DNA of 64,000 bases from Acidobacteriota bacterium (GTDB lineage: Bacteria > Acidobacteriota > Vicinamibacteria > Vicinamibacterales > UBA8438). The position numbers were made by a program, and so were the translations under genes. The notes under the pieces are model-generated. The model was not told where the DNA came from. It saw nothing but the letters and a program-made list of their open reading frames with translations, and searched no databases. Positions within the stretch are counted from its first letter, which is position 1. Every line of letters begins with the position of its first letter. Shown here piece after piece: positions 10,484 to 20,002 of this stretch. The stretch covers positions 38,881 through 102,880 of the forward strand of contig WTFV01000004.1 in NCBI GenBank assembly GCA_011523845.1, read 5' to 3'.

Positions 10484-10505
10484 CGTCTCGGATCCGGCTG
10501 GCCGG

Positions 10506-11780
10506 CTAGTCTCGTTCCGGCATGAGAACGAACTCGGGATAGGCGTCGATACCGAGCTCGGTGACGTCCTGTCCCATCTCCTCGACCTTGCGGGAAACGC
10601 GAACGCCCATCGTCTTTTCCAGCGCCACCCACGTCAGCCAGGAGGTCACGAACGCGAACGCGCCGATGGAGACCATGCCGAGGAGCTGCACGCCGATGTC
10701 GGCGCCCGCCGCGATGACCGTAGCCATGGTACCCCAGGCGCCGGCGAAGAGGTGCGCGGGCACCGCCCCGACCACGTCGTCCACCTTCAGTCTCTCCAGC
10801 AGCTTGATGGCGGCGGTGCAGATGATGGCGCCGACCGCGCCGATCAGGATCGCCCAGTAGTGGCCGGTGATGTCGGGCCCTGCCGTGATCGAGACGAGGC
10901 CGGCGATGGCGCCGTTCAGTCCGGCCAGCAGATCGACCCGCCCGAGAATGGGCCGCGACACGGCGATTGCCGCGATGACGCCGGCCGCGCCCGCCAGGTT
11001 CGTGTTGACCAGCACGTGGCTCATCGCCAGCACGTCGGCGGCGCTTCCCAGGGCGAGCTGCGACCCGCCGTTGAAGCCGAACCAGCCGAACCAGAGAATG
11101 AAGACGCCCAGGGTCACCACCGGGATATTGGACGGAGGAGTGCTGGTGACGGTGCCGTCGGCGCGGAACTTGTTGTGTCGCGGTCCCACGACCAGCGCGC
11201 CGGCCAGCGCGGCGGCGCCGCCGGTGCCGTGCACGATGGTCGATCCGGCGAAGTCCTGGAAACCCATCTGGCTGAGCCAGCCGCCGCCCCACGTCCAGGC
11301 GCCGACGATCGGGTAGATGAGGCCGGTCAGCACCAGGGTGAAGACGAAGAACGTCCAGAGCTTGACCCGCTCCGCCAGCGCGCCGGAGACGATGGACGCG
11401 GCGGTCGCCACGAAGACCATCTGGAAGAACCAGTCGGACATGACGGCGTAGTCGGTCGCGATCACCGCCTCCCGCGCGCTCTCGGCGCCCGCCAGCAGCG
11501 CGAGCTCGTCGGACGACGGTTCGCGGAGGAACCTGAAGGAGCCGATCAGGCTGCCCACGTCGACGTACATCAGGTTGTAGCCGATGAGGTAGAAGGCGAT
11601 TCCGGCAACCGAATACAGGCCGATGTTCTTCAGGCAGATCACCGATGCGTTCTTGGTGCGGACCGAGCCGGACTCGAGCATCGTGAAGCCGGCCGCCATC
11701 CACATCACCAGCGCGCCCCAGAGCAGGAACGAGAACGTGTTGAAGATGAACTGAAGCTCGTCGCTCGACAACTCGGTCAT
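10506..11780 (-). CDS. amtB: ammonium transporter (Amt family)
   Basis: 424 aa polytopic protein. FLLWGALVMWMAAGFTMLESGSVRTKN...DFAGSTIVHGTGGAAALAGALVVGPR...GFNGGS...VGAVPAHLFAGAWG are the classic Amt signatures. Confidence 0.95.
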   Translation of the reverse strand: MTELSSDELQFIFNTFSFLLWGALVMWMAAGFTMLESGSVRTKNASVICLKNIGLYSVAGIAFYLIGYNLMYVDVGSLIGSFRFLREPSSDELALLAGAESAREAVIATDYAVMSDWFFQMVFVATAASIVSGALAERVKLWTFFVFTLVLTGLIYPIVGAWTWGGGWLSQMGFQDFAGSTIVHGTGGAAALAGALVVGPRHNKFRADGTVTSTPPSNIPVVTLGVFILWFGWFGFNGGSQLALGSAADVLAMSHVLVNTNLAGAAGVIAAIAVSRPILGRVDLLAGLNGAIAGLVSITAGPDITGHYWAILIGAVGAIICTAAIKLLERLKVDDVVGAVPAHLFAGAWGTMATVIAAGADIGVQLLGMVSIGAFAFVTSWLTWVALEKTMGVRVSRKVEEMGQDVTELGIDAYPEFVLMPERD

Positions 11781-11864
11781 GGGTCACCTCCGGACAGGAG
11801 GCCGGCCTGCGCCGGCGCCAGGGATACCCGAACCGCCGTTCGCGGCTTCGGGCGTACACGAATA

Positions 11865-12839
11865 CTAGCGCACCGGCGCCCCGTTCGGATCGTAGTCCAC
11901 ATGAGCGGCCATCACCAGATCGTGCAGCCGGAGGCACTCTCCGGCCAGGCGTCGCAGCCGTTCGGCGTGGTCGTCGAGGCTCGGCGCCGCGGGCCAGGGT
12001 CGATGCACGGCGGACGCGATGTCGCCGGCCAGACGCCGCACCGCGCCGGACGGACCCGGGCCGAGCGCGATGGCGCCCAGCGTCTCGGCCGCCGCGTCGA
12101 CGGCGCGGCACAGGGACCGGGGCAGCCGCGGATCGTCGACGAGCAGGTCCAGCACCCGCGCCGGTCGGATCTCGACCCCGTAGCGGTGCTTGTAGATGTC
12201 GAAGGCCAGGCAGATTCGCAGCAGGCTCGACCATTCGCTGTCGGCTGTCTCCCCGTACGATCGCACGCCGTCGAGGTGCGCCGCCAGCAATGCGGTCGTG
12301 AACTGCGCGCGCTCGACGAGGCGCCCGAGCTGCAGGAAGCGCCGGCCGTCGTCGCGGTACAGGGTGGTGTCCGCCACCCCGGCGAACAGGTTCATCTCGC
12401 GCGCCAGATCCGCGTAGAAACTCTCGGGAGCCGCCTTCCAGATGTCCTCGATGCGCCGCGCGCCCAGGCGCAGCCACGCCAGGTTCAGGCAGGTCCACAT
12501 CTCGCCGCTGATGCAGTGGCGCATCTGGCGGGCGTTCTCCCGGCCGTTCGAGAAGCTCTTCAGGACGGAGCCCGGATTCGTGCGCTCGAAGGTGAGGTCG
12601 TCGGCCAGCGTGTACGAATCGGCCAGGGCGTAGTCGTCGTCGCTCTCCGTCACGCCGACGGCCGGGCCGGGCGGCCGTCGGCCGAGCGTGCCGTAGATGC
12701 GGCGCCAACCGAAGTTGATCTCCCGCACCGGCCGGTCGACGAGCGTACCCATCTGCTCCAGCAGCAGGCGGCAGAGGTCCTCCGTCCGCTCGACGTGGCG
12801 GCCCAGCCAGTACAGGCCCTCCGCACTGCGCGCCAGCAT
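11865..12839 (-). CDS. alpha-E domain protein (DUF403)
   Basis: 324 aa. MLARSAEGLYWLGRHVERTEDLCRLL is the hallmark start of alpha-E/DUF403 proteins. It lies immediately downstream (1-nt gap) of the ATP-grasp partner. Confidence 0.85.
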   Translation of the reverse strand: MLARSAEGLYWLGRHVERTEDLCRLLLEQMGTLVDRPVREINFGWRRIYGTLGRRPPGPAVGVTESDDDYALADSYTLADDLTFERTNPGSVLKSFSNGRENARQMRHCISGEMWTCLNLAWLRLGARRIEDIWKAAPESFYADLAREMNLFAGVADTTLYRDDGRRFLQLGRLVERAQFTTALLAAHLDGVRSYGETADSEWSSLLRICLAFDIYKHRYGVEIRPARVLDLLVDDPRLPRSLCRAVDAAAETLGAIALGPGPSGAVRRLAGDIASAVHRPWPAAPSLDDHAERLRRLAGECLRLHDLVMAAHVDYDPNGAPVR

Positions 12840-12840
12840 G

Positions 12841-14274
12841 TCAGGACTCCAGCACCCAGACGTCCTTGCCGCCCCCGCCCTGGCTGGAGTTCACGACGAG
12901 GCTGCCGCGGCGCAGCGCCACGCGGCAGAAGGCGCCGGGCACGATGCGGGTGTCGCGGCCTCGCAGGACGAAGGGCCGCAGGTCCACGTGCCGCGGCTCG
13001 AGGCGGCCGTCCACCAGGCAGGGCGCCCGCGACAGCGACAGCACCTCCTGCGAGATGAAGTCGCCCGGGTCGGCCCGCAGGCCGGCGGCGTAGGACTCGC
13101 GCTCGGCGGGCGTCGCGTGGGGACCGACGAGCATGCCGTAGCCGCCCGCCTCCCCGACGCGCTTGACGACGAGCCGATCCAGGTTGTCCAGCGTGTATTC
13201 GAGATCCTCCGGCCGGCGACAGATCCGCGTCGGCACGTTGGCGAGGATCGGTTCCTCGCCCAGGTAGTAGCGGATCAGGTCCGGCACCCAGGCGTACACG
13301 CTCTTGTCGTCCGCCACGCCCGTGCCGGGGGCGTTCGCCAGGGTCACGTTGCCGAGCCGGTACGCCTGCAGCAGACCGGGCGCGCCGAGCAGCGAGTCGG
13401 GCCGGAAGACGAGCGGGTCGAGGAAGTCGTCGTCCACCCGCCGGTAGATCACGTCGACCTGTCGCAACCCCTCGGTCGTGCGCATGTAGACGAAACCGTT
13501 GCGCGTCAGCAGGTCGCGGCCCTCCACCAGCTCCGCGCCGAGTTGATGGGCGAGGAACATGTGCTCGTAGAAGGCCGCGTTCCACACGCCGGGGGTCAGC
13601 ACGGCGATGCACGGGTCCGGGCGGTTCGGCGGGGCCAGCTCGCGCAGCGTCGCCAGCAGCAGATCGCCGTAGTGCTCCACCTCCCGTACGCGGCAGCGCC
13701 GGTAGAGCCGCGGCAGGTTCGACTTCACCGCCTTGCGGTTGGCGATCATGTAGGACACGCCCGACGGCACCCGCAGGTTGTCCTCCAGCACGACGAAGCC
13801 GTCTTCGGTGCGCACCACGTCCGTGCCGCAGATCGCGACCCACGTGCCGTGCGGCGGCGCGGCGCCGTGCATCTCGCGGCGGTACTGCGGGCAGCCGCGC
13901 ACCATGTCCTCGGGAATCACGCCGTCCGCGATCGCACGGCATTCGCCGTAGACGTCGCCCAGGAAGCGGTTCAGGGCGAGGACGCGCTGCTTCAGGCCCG
14001 CTTCCAGCTCCGCCCATTCGGCGGCCGGCAGGATGCGGGGTATGCAGTCGATCGGAATGATCCGCTCGTCCGCCTCCCCGTCGCCGTAGACGGTGAAGGT
14101 GATGCCCTCCCTGAGGAACGAGCTCGTCACCCGGTCCTGAATCTCGCCGAGCTCCGCCGCGGAGATACCGGCCAGGGAATCGCAGAGTGGCTTGCAGTGC
14201 GCCCGCGGCGTGCCGTCGGGCTGCAACACCTCGTCGTAGAACCCGGCGTCGAGCCGGTAGTTGCTGAAGTCCAT
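12841..14274 (-). CDS. circularly permuted type-2 ATP-grasp protein (DUF404/DUF407)
   Basis: Track ORF 12841..16398 is over-extended. The in-frame ATG at 14274 gives MDFSNYRLDAGFYDEVLQPDGTPRAHC...FTVYGDGEADERIIPIDCIPRIL...VLLEDNLRVPSGVSYM...NAPGTGVADDKSVYAWVP...NSSQGGGGKDVWVL, 477 aa. Confidence 0.85.
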   Translation of the reverse strand: MDFSNYRLDAGFYDEVLQPDGTPRAHCKPLCDSLAGISAAELGEIQDRVTSSFLREGITFTVYGDGEADERIIPIDCIPRILPAAEWAELEAGLKQRVLALNRFLGDVYGECRAIADGVIPEDMVRGCPQYRREMHGAAPPHGTWVAICGTDVVRTEDGFVVLEDNLRVPSGVSYMIANRKAVKSNLPRLYRRCRVREVEHYGDLLLATLRELAPPNRPDPCIAVLTPGVWNAAFYEHMFLAHQLGAELVEGRDLLTRNGFVYMRTTEGLRQVDVIYRRVDDDFLDPLVFRPDSLLGAPGLLQAYRLGNVTLANAPGTGVADDKSVYAWVPDLIRYYLGEEPILANVPTRICRRPEDLEYTLDNLDRLVVKRVGEAGGYGMLVGPHATPAERESYAAGLRADPGDFISQEVLSLSRAPCLVDGRLEPRHVDLRPFVLRGRDTRIVPGAFCRVALRRGSLVVNSSQGGGGKDVWVLES

Positions 14275-14489
14275 CCGCGCGGACCCCGGGGCGCGACGGT
14301 CGTCGGGCGCGGCTCGGCGCCGTCGTTCCCGACACCGTGTCGACACGTAAGACCGCCAGTGTGCCACGTGCGGAGGCGGACGGCAACCCCCGGGCGCGGG
14401 CGACGGCGGATTCGCCGGCGGGGGGGACGGCGCGCCTGGGAGCGCAGAGAACCTCCAGTGGGCAGGCGCGCCTCGCGTGCCCGGTAGTC

Positions 14490-16466
14490 CTACGTCGTCT
14501 CCCGGTTCGCGGCCAGCACCCCGCCGAAGAGCGCGACCCCGGCCACGTCGAAGAGGGGGACGCCGATACCGCCCAGGGCCAGCGAGGGGCCGGGCGCCAG
14601 CAGCAGGGCCGCTGCCCCGAAAACAGCCAGACGCAGACCGAGGCCCAGCGGATACCGCAACTGCCCGGCGATGCCGGCGGCGAAGCAGGTGACGCCGAGG
14701 GTGGCGATGGCGACCGGCAGCAGCATCTCCAGCCAGCCGGCCGGCTCGCCGGAGGCGGTCAGCATCAACAGCTCCGGCCGGTAGACGAACATGTAGGGCA
14801 GGGTGAAGCCGACCAGCGCGAAGCGGAACGCCGCCAGCCCGGTGGGCATGATGCGCGTGCCGGCGATGGACGAGGCGGCGTAGGCGGCGAGCGCCACCGG
14901 CGGCGTCACCATCGACATCATCCCGAAGTAGAAGATGAACAGGTGCGCGGCGAGTGGTATCACCCCCAGGTTCCCGAGGACGGGACCGATGAGCGTCGCC
15001 ATCAGCAGGTAGCAGACGGCCGACGGCAGACCCATCCCCAGGACGATCGACGAGACCATGATCAGCACGAGCGCGAGGAACAGGCTCTGCTCGGCCAGGG
15101 GGATGATCGTCGCGGGCAGGCGCGTGCCGACGCCGGTCAGCGTCACGATGCCGATGATGATGCCGACGCAGGCGGCGGCGGCCACCAGCGGCACGACCCC
15201 GCGCGCCGCGGTGACGAGGCTCAGGAGCGTGAAGCGCCAGTCGAGTCGGGTCGCCTTGTTCAGGCTGCTGACCACGATGATCACGACCAGCGAGAGGGTG
15301 ACGGCGCGGAACGCCGTGTAGCCGAGGACCAGGAACAGGATGAGGCTGCCGAGCGCCGCCCCGAAGACGATGCCCGCCGCATGCGAGCGCGCCGCGACGT
15401 CGGGCGGGTCTTCCCCCGCCGCGCGTCCCGCTTCCTCCGGCGCTCCCTCGGTGGCGATCGACATCCGCCGGGCGTGGAAGTGCACGATGAGGATCAGCGA
15501 CAGGTAGTACAGGAGCGCCGGAATGAGCGCGGCCCGGATGATTTCGAGGTACGTCACCGGCGGGTCGACGATCTCCAGCATCATGTAGGCGCCCGCGCCC
15601 ATCACCGGCGGCATGAGCGCCCCGCCCGAGCTGGCCGCCGCCTGCACGCCGGCCGCGGTCACCGGCCGGAAGCCGGCGCTGCGCATCATCGGGATGGTGA
15701 ACGTCCCGGTGGTGGCGGTGTTGGCGACGGCGCTGCCGGAGAGCGAGCCCATCAGGCCGCTGCTGAGGACCGCCACCTTGGCGGGGCCGCCCGAGCTGCG
15801 CCCGAACACCCGCTCGGCGAAGTCGACGATGAACCGCGTCGCGCCGGTCGCTTCGAGGAACGCCCCGAAGATGACGAACAGGAAGACGTAGGTGAACATC
15901 ACGTTCAGCGCCACGCCGAAGATGCCCTGGCTGTGGAGGAACGTCTGCGCCACGACGCGCGGGACGGTGTAGCCGCGGTGCGGAAACAGCCAGTCGGGGA
16001 ACGCCGACCCGAAGAGCGCGTAGAGGATGAACGCCGCCGCGAGCAGGGGCAGCGCCAGGCCCAGCGCGCGCCGGGCCGCCTCGATTACCAGCAGCAGGCC
16101 GAGCAGGCCGATCGCGGTGTCGAAAGCGGTCTCGAAGCCGGCCCGGTTCCCCAGCGTCTGGCCGTCGACCCACCAGGCCGAGAACAGCGGATCGGTCTGC
16201 ACCACGATGTAGCCGCAGCAGGCCGCGGCCAGCACGGCCAGCACGACGTCGCCGGCGCGGGCGCGCGGGTCGTCCTTCAGGGACGGATGGAGCGGGACGT
16301 TCAGGAAGCAGAGCGCCAACCCCACCAGGGCGAAGAACGCCAGTCGGCTCTGCGGCGCCAGCAGCGGATAGTTGACCTCGACCAGCGTGAAGGCGCACAG
16401 CAACACGCCGAGCGCGCCGCTCGCGAGAAGCCGAAGGTCACGGGGCTGCGACTGCTCCGGCGTCAC
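14490..16466 (-). CDS. TRAP transporter fused (DctQ-DctM type) permease, TAXI-associated
   Basis: In-frame GTG at 16466 overlaps the receptor stop (GTGA). Gives 658 aa of highly hydrophobic sequence: VNYPLLAPQSRLAFFALVGLALCF...GGPAKVAVLSSGLMGSLSGSAVANTATTGTFTIPMM... Confidence 0.85.
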   Translation of the reverse strand: MTPEQSQPRDLRLLASGALGVLLCAFTLVEVNYPLLAPQSRLAFFALVGLALCFLNVPLHPSLKDDPRARAGDVVLAVLAAACCGYIVVQTDPLFSAWWVDGQTLGNRAGFETAFDTAIGLLGLLLVIEAARRALGLALPLLAAAFILYALFGSAFPDWLFPHRGYTVPRVVAQTFLHSQGIFGVALNVMFTYVFLFVIFGAFLEATGATRFIVDFAERVFGRSSGGPAKVAVLSSGLMGSLSGSAVANTATTGTFTIPMMRSAGFRPVTAAGVQAAASSGGALMPPVMGAGAYMMLEIVDPPVTYLEIIRAALIPALLYYLSLILIVHFHARRMSIATEGAPEEAGRAAGEDPPDVAARSHAAGIVFGAALGSLILFLVLGYTAFRAVTLSLVVIIVVSSLNKATRLDWRFTLLSLVTAARGVVPLVAAAACVGIIIGIVTLTGVGTRLPATIIPLAEQSLFLALVLIMVSSIVLGMGLPSAVCYLLMATLIGPVLGNLGVIPLAAHLFIFYFGMMSMVTPPVALAAYAASSIAGTRIMPTGLAAFRFALVGFTLPYMFVYRPELLMLTASGEPAGWLEMLLPVAIATLGVTCFAAGIAGQLRYPLGLGLRLAVFGAAALLLAPGPSLALGGIGVPLFDVAGVALFGGVLAANRETT

Positions 16467-17497
16467 GGCGCGGCCTGTTGCGGCCAGATTCCGGCTTCCT
16501 CGTAGAAGCGAATCGCGCCGGGATGGAAGTCGGTCCCCGTGTCGCGCACCACGTTGTTCGGGTTGATGGCGCGGCCGGCGGCGTGCTTCTCGACGACCAG
16601 CTCCCGGTTCTCGTAGAGCAGCCTCGTCCAGTTGTAGACGAGATCGTCCGGCGCGGTGGCCGACGCGATGACGTGCATCGAGCCGACGTCGAGCCCCTCG
16701 AACGGCTCGGCCTGCCCGCGGTAGGTCTCGGCCGGGATGCTGGCCGGGCGGAAGAAGAGGTACTCGTCGACCAGCGCCCGTTTCTCTTCGTCTCCGAACG
16801 GGATGAAGGTGAGATCCATCGAGGCGGCGGCCTGGGTGATCGACGCGGTCGGCACGGCGCCGCCCAGGAAGGTCGCGTCGGCGGAGCCGTCGGTCAGCAT
16901 GTCGACGGCCGCCTGCTGCGTCGCGTTCAGCGGCGAGAAGTCGTCGTAGGTGACGCCGTGCGCGCCCAGCAGCGGACGGACGAAGTACTCGAATCCGGCC
17001 CCGGCCGGACCGACGGTGACGCGCCGGTCGCGCAGGTCGCCGATGCTCGTGATGCCGGATCCGGCCTGGGTCACGAACAGCGCCACGTTGGGAGCCAGCG
17101 TCATGACGGAGCGGACCGGGTACGCGCGGTCCCAGCCTTCGCTGCCGCGCACCGCGAAGTAGGTGATCGCGGCGTTCGACAGGGCGAAGTCGAGCTCGCC
17201 GCTCGCCAGGCGCCGGATGTTCTCCTGCGATCCGCTCGTCGCCTCGGCGGTCACGCTGTAGCCGAAGTCGCCGCCCGTTTCGTTGACCACCTCCGCCAGC
17301 GCGCTCCCGACGACGAAGAAAGCGCCTCCCGGCGGCGCGGTGCCCATGCTGAGGAACTGCCGCGCGGGAGCAGCGTCTCCCGCTTCGCCCCCACCACCGC
17401 CGCAGGCGGCCGCGGCCACGCACAGGACGGCGGCCAGGACACCCGACGGCCACAGAGAGATGGATCGACGCACGAACTCCTCCTTGAACCCGCTCAT
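16463..17497 (-). CDS. TAXI-family TRAP transporter solute-binding receptor
   Basis: Start re-set to ATG 17497 (MSGFKEEF...). Lipoprotein-like AAACGGG, then MGTAPPGGAFFVVGSALAEVV...ATSGSQENIRRLASGELDFALSN...HPGAIRFYEE, typical of TAXI proteins. Confidence 0.85.
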   Translation of the reverse strand: MSGFKEEFVRRSISLWPSGVLAAVLCVAAAACGGGGGEAGDAAPARQFLSMGTAPPGGAFFVVGSALAEVVNETGGDFGYSVTAEATSGSQENIRRLASGELDFALSNAAITYFAVRGSEGWDRAYPVRSVMTLAPNVALFVTQAGSGITSIGDLRDRRVTVGPAGAGFEYFVRPLLGAHGVTYDDFSPLNATQQAAVDMLTDGSADATFLGGAVPTASITQAAASMDLTFIPFGDEEKRALVDEYLFFRPASIPAETYRGQAEPFEGLDVGSMHVIASATAPDDLVYNWTRLLYENRELVVEKHAAGRAINPNNVVRDTGTDFHPGAIRFYEEAGIWPQQAAP

Positions 17498-17511
17498 GCT
17501 ACTACGCTTCC

Positions 17512-17865
17512 TCATTCGGGGCCGAAGATCGACAGCAGGTGACCGTCCGGATCGCGGAAATTCGCCGCCCACGAGTCGCCGGTGACGTTGGCCGGCTCCC
17601 GCAGGAACTCCACGCCGTTGTCCTCGAGGGCCGCGTAGGCCCCGCGCACGCTCGCCACCGCCAGCACCACTTCCGTGGGGCCCGGCTTCTCGGCCAGTCC
17701 GGCATGGGCAGCGCTCAGACAGAGCGTGACGGGTCCGGTTTCGAGGAAGACGAAGCCCGGGATCTCCTGCTTGACCGGCAGTCCGAGCCTGTCCCGGTAG
17801 AAGGCGCGCGAGCGGTCGAGGTCCGTGGCTCCCAGCATGATGTTGGCGATTCCGGTGATGGTCAT
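17512..17865 (-). CDS. VOC (glyoxalase/bleomycin-resistance/dioxygenase) family protein
   Basis: 117 aa from ATG 17865: MTITGIANIMLGATDLDRSRAFYRDRLGLPV...FRDPDGHLLSIFGPE. Confidence 0.8.
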   Translation of the reverse strand: MTITGIANIMLGATDLDRSRAFYRDRLGLPVKQEIPGFVFLETGPVTLCLSAAHAGLAEKPGPTEVVLAVASVRGAYAALEDNGVEFLREPANVTGDSWAANFRDPDGHLLSIFGPE

Positions 17866-17900
17866 TGGTCCTCCTGGCCGATCCGGACGGAAGCGTACGG

Positions 17901-19292
17901 TTACGGTTCTTCCCGGGCGCCCGAGGGGTCGACCGGCGGCGCCCCGCGATCGATGACGAAGCGGCGGGCCTTCATCTCGAAACGGGGCAGCACGCCGGCG
18001 GACACCGGGGTGACGCGCACGGCCAGCCCGAGCGCATCTCGCAGCCGGTTCGCGGCCACGGTCGCGACCGCGGCGGGCTCGGCGCCCGGCGCGACCTCCA
18101 CCTCGACCGCGATGGCCCGCAGCGCTCCCGCCGCCCCCACCGTGCAGCGATACTCGGCCACCGCGCCGATCCCGCGCAGCACGGCTTCCACCGCGGCGGG
18201 ATAGACGTTGACGCCGCGCACGTTCACCATGTCGTCGGCCCGTGCGACGATGCCGCCGGCGAGCCGCGCAAGCGTCCGGCCGCAGGCGCAGCGTTCGCGG
18301 GTCCGGATCACGAGGTCGCGCGTACGGTAGCGGATGACGGGACTCGCCGTCCGGCCGAGGTTGGTGATCACCAGCTCGCCGCGCGTGCCGTCCGCCACCG
18401 GCGCACCGGTGCCGGGATCGACCACCTCGGCGATGAACTCCCGCTCGTTGACGTGCAGGAAGCCGGGCGCCTCCAGGCACTCGAAGCTGATCGGGCCGAC
18501 TTCGGTCAGCCCGTGATGGTCGATGACCCGCGCTCCCCAGCCGCGCTCGATCCGCTCGCGGGTGGCCGGAATGCTGCCCCCGGGCTCCCCGGCGACGACA
18601 ATCACACGCACCGCGCTGTCCGCCGGCGTCGGGCCTCCCCCCGGTTCGCCCGCCGCGTCGAGCAGGCGCAGCGCGTAGGTCGGCGTGCAGCAGATCACCG
18701 TCGGCGCCAGCGCGTCGATCAGGGCGAGCCTCTGGGTGCTGGTCATGCCGCCTGCGGGGATCGCGTGCGCGCCGATCTGCACCGCCGCGTCGAATCCGGT
18801 CCAGAACCCGAGGAACGGCCCGAACGAGAACGGGAAGAAGACCCGGTCGCGCGCGGTGACGCCGGCCGCACGATAGACCGCCTTCCAGCAATCGAGCATC
18901 CACTGCCAGGTCTCCGGGGTGTCGATCCAGCGCAGCGGGCGCCCGGTCGTCGACGACGTCTGGTTGTAGCGCGTGTAGCGGTGGAGCGGCTCGGTCAGCG
19001 CCGTCCCCCAAGGCGGCGACGCCGCCTGGTCGGCCGCCAGCTCGGCCTTCGTGGTGAAGGGCAGCGCGGGCAGGTCCGCGGGCAGCGCAACCCGGTCCAC
19101 GCCGACACCGGCGGCGGCCAGCTTGCGGTCGTAGAAGGCGTTCCGGCCCGGCAGATGCCGGAGCAGGGCCGCGAGCCGTTCGGCCTGCCGCGCCTCCAGC
19201 ACGGCGCGCGGCTGACACTCGCCCGCCGGCGGGTCGGTCGCGCCGCCTGCAGCCGGCGGTGTGTCGGGGACGTTTCCGTGGTGGGCGGTCAT
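17901..19292 (-). CDS. adenylate-forming phenylacetate-CoA ligase family protein (PaaK / coenzyme F390 synthetase-like)
   Basis: 463 aa from ATG 19292 (ATGA overlap with the thioesterase stop). LPFTTKAELAADQ...YNQTSSTTGRPLRW...FSFGPFLGFW...VICCTPTYALRL...VVAGEPGG...GLTEVGP...RYRTRD...CACGRT...RADDMVNVRGVNVYP. Confidence 0.8.
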   Translation of the reverse strand: MTAHHGNVPDTPPAAGGATDPPAGECQPRAVLEARQAERLAALLRHLPGRNAFYDRKLAAAGVGVDRVALPADLPALPFTTKAELAADQAASPPWGTALTEPLHRYTRYNQTSSTTGRPLRWIDTPETWQWMLDCWKAVYRAAGVTARDRVFFPFSFGPFLGFWTGFDAAVQIGAHAIPAGGMTSTQRLALIDALAPTVICCTPTYALRLLDAAGEPGGGPTPADSAVRVIVVAGEPGGSIPATRERIERGWGARVIDHHGLTEVGPISFECLEAPGFLHVNEREFIAEVVDPGTGAPVADGTRGELVITNLGRTASPVIRYRTRDLVIRTRERCACGRTLARLAGGIVARADDMVNVRGVNVYPAAVEAVLRGIGAVAEYRCTVGAAGALRAIAVEVEVAPGAEPAAVATVAANRLRDALGLAVRVTPVSAGVLPRFEMKARRFVIDRGAPPVDPSGAREEP

Positions 19293-19717
19293 GCGTCCGG
19301 GGGCGGCGCGACGGCGAACCGGCCGGCGATCTCGGGCGGGATCTCCGTCGACCGCAGCGGCGCGCCCGCCCGCTTCGCGATGCACGCGATGGTGAGGCTC
19401 CCCGTGGCGACGGCGGCCCCGTCCTTCGTGATGTCTGCGGCATAGCGCATCGATCGCGCGCCGATCGCGGCAATCCGGATGTGCACGTCGAACTCGTCCT
19501 CGAACCGCAACGGACGGTGGAAGTCGAACGACGCCGCGACACGCGGGAAGCCGACCTCGGCGTCCCGCGGCGCGATGCTCAGGCCGGCCGCGCGCCAGAG
19601 CGCGTGCTCCGCCTCCTCCATGTAGCGGTAGAACCAGGAGAAATGGACGATGCCCGCGGTGTCCGTCTCGTAGAACTGCACCCGGCGCTTCAGCCTGTAC
19701 TCGCTGACCACCGGCAC
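19289..19717 (-). CDS. acyl-CoA thioesterase, hotdog fold (4HBT/YbgC type)
   Basis: 142 aa. RVQFYETDTAGIVHFSWFYRYMEEAEHALWRAAG matches the 4-hydroxybenzoyl-CoA-thioesterase-type N-terminal catalytic Asp block. Confidence 0.8.
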   Translation of the reverse strand: MPVVSEYRLKRRVQFYETDTAGIVHFSWFYRYMEEAEHALWRAAGLSIAPRDAEVGFPRVAASFDFHRPLRFEDEFDVHIRIAAIGARSMRYAADITKDGAAVATGSLTIACIAKRAGAPLRSTEIPPEIAGRFAVAPPPDA

Positions 19718-19770
19718 ATTCTACGCCGCGGCGCATGGAATGCCGGGGCGGTACAGGTTCTGCATCGGCA

Positions 19771-19962
19771 GTGACGTCGAGGCACCACGAGGTGGACCGC
19801 TTCCGCGAGCAGTTGTCGCCGCAGATCGAAACGGTTCGCCGGGAATTGTCGGCGCGCATCGACGCGCCGGATCAGAGGATGTCGCGCCGCTTCCTGCTCG
19901 GCGTCCAGGTCACGGTGCTGCCGGCGGTGATCGGAACGCTGCCGGCCGTCTCGGTGCGGTGA
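19771..19962 (+). CDS. possible small membrane-anchored coiled-coil protein
   Basis: GTG 19771 in frame with track ORF 19735..19962: VTSRHHEVDRFREQLSPQIETVRRELSARIDAPDQRMSRRFLLGVQVTVLPAVIGTLPAV, a helical segment plus one hydrophobic helix. It is the only plausible coding signal in the 285-nt gap. Weak. Confidence 0.3.
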   Translation: MTSRHHEVDRFREQLSPQIETVRRELSARIDAPDQRMSRRFLLGVQVTVLPAVIGTLPAVSVR

Positions 19963-20002
19963 CGGAGTGCGCCGGCGCTTCGCCGTTGCGGCCGCGAACG
20001 GC

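Noticed and set aside
10506-11780. Ammonium transporter without an adjacent P-II (glnK) gene
   Set aside because: amt genes without a linked glnK are common. Absence in the window is not informative.
14275-16398. N-terminal 700-aa extension of ORF 12841..16398 (and similar extensions of 14490..17453, 17512..19542, 42718..46191, 25808..27412)
   Set aside because: The extensions overlap other well-supported genes in other frames and are compositionally degenerate. Recognisable family sequence begins at internal starts (14274, 16466, 17865, 44634, 26950), which also give sensible gene junctions.
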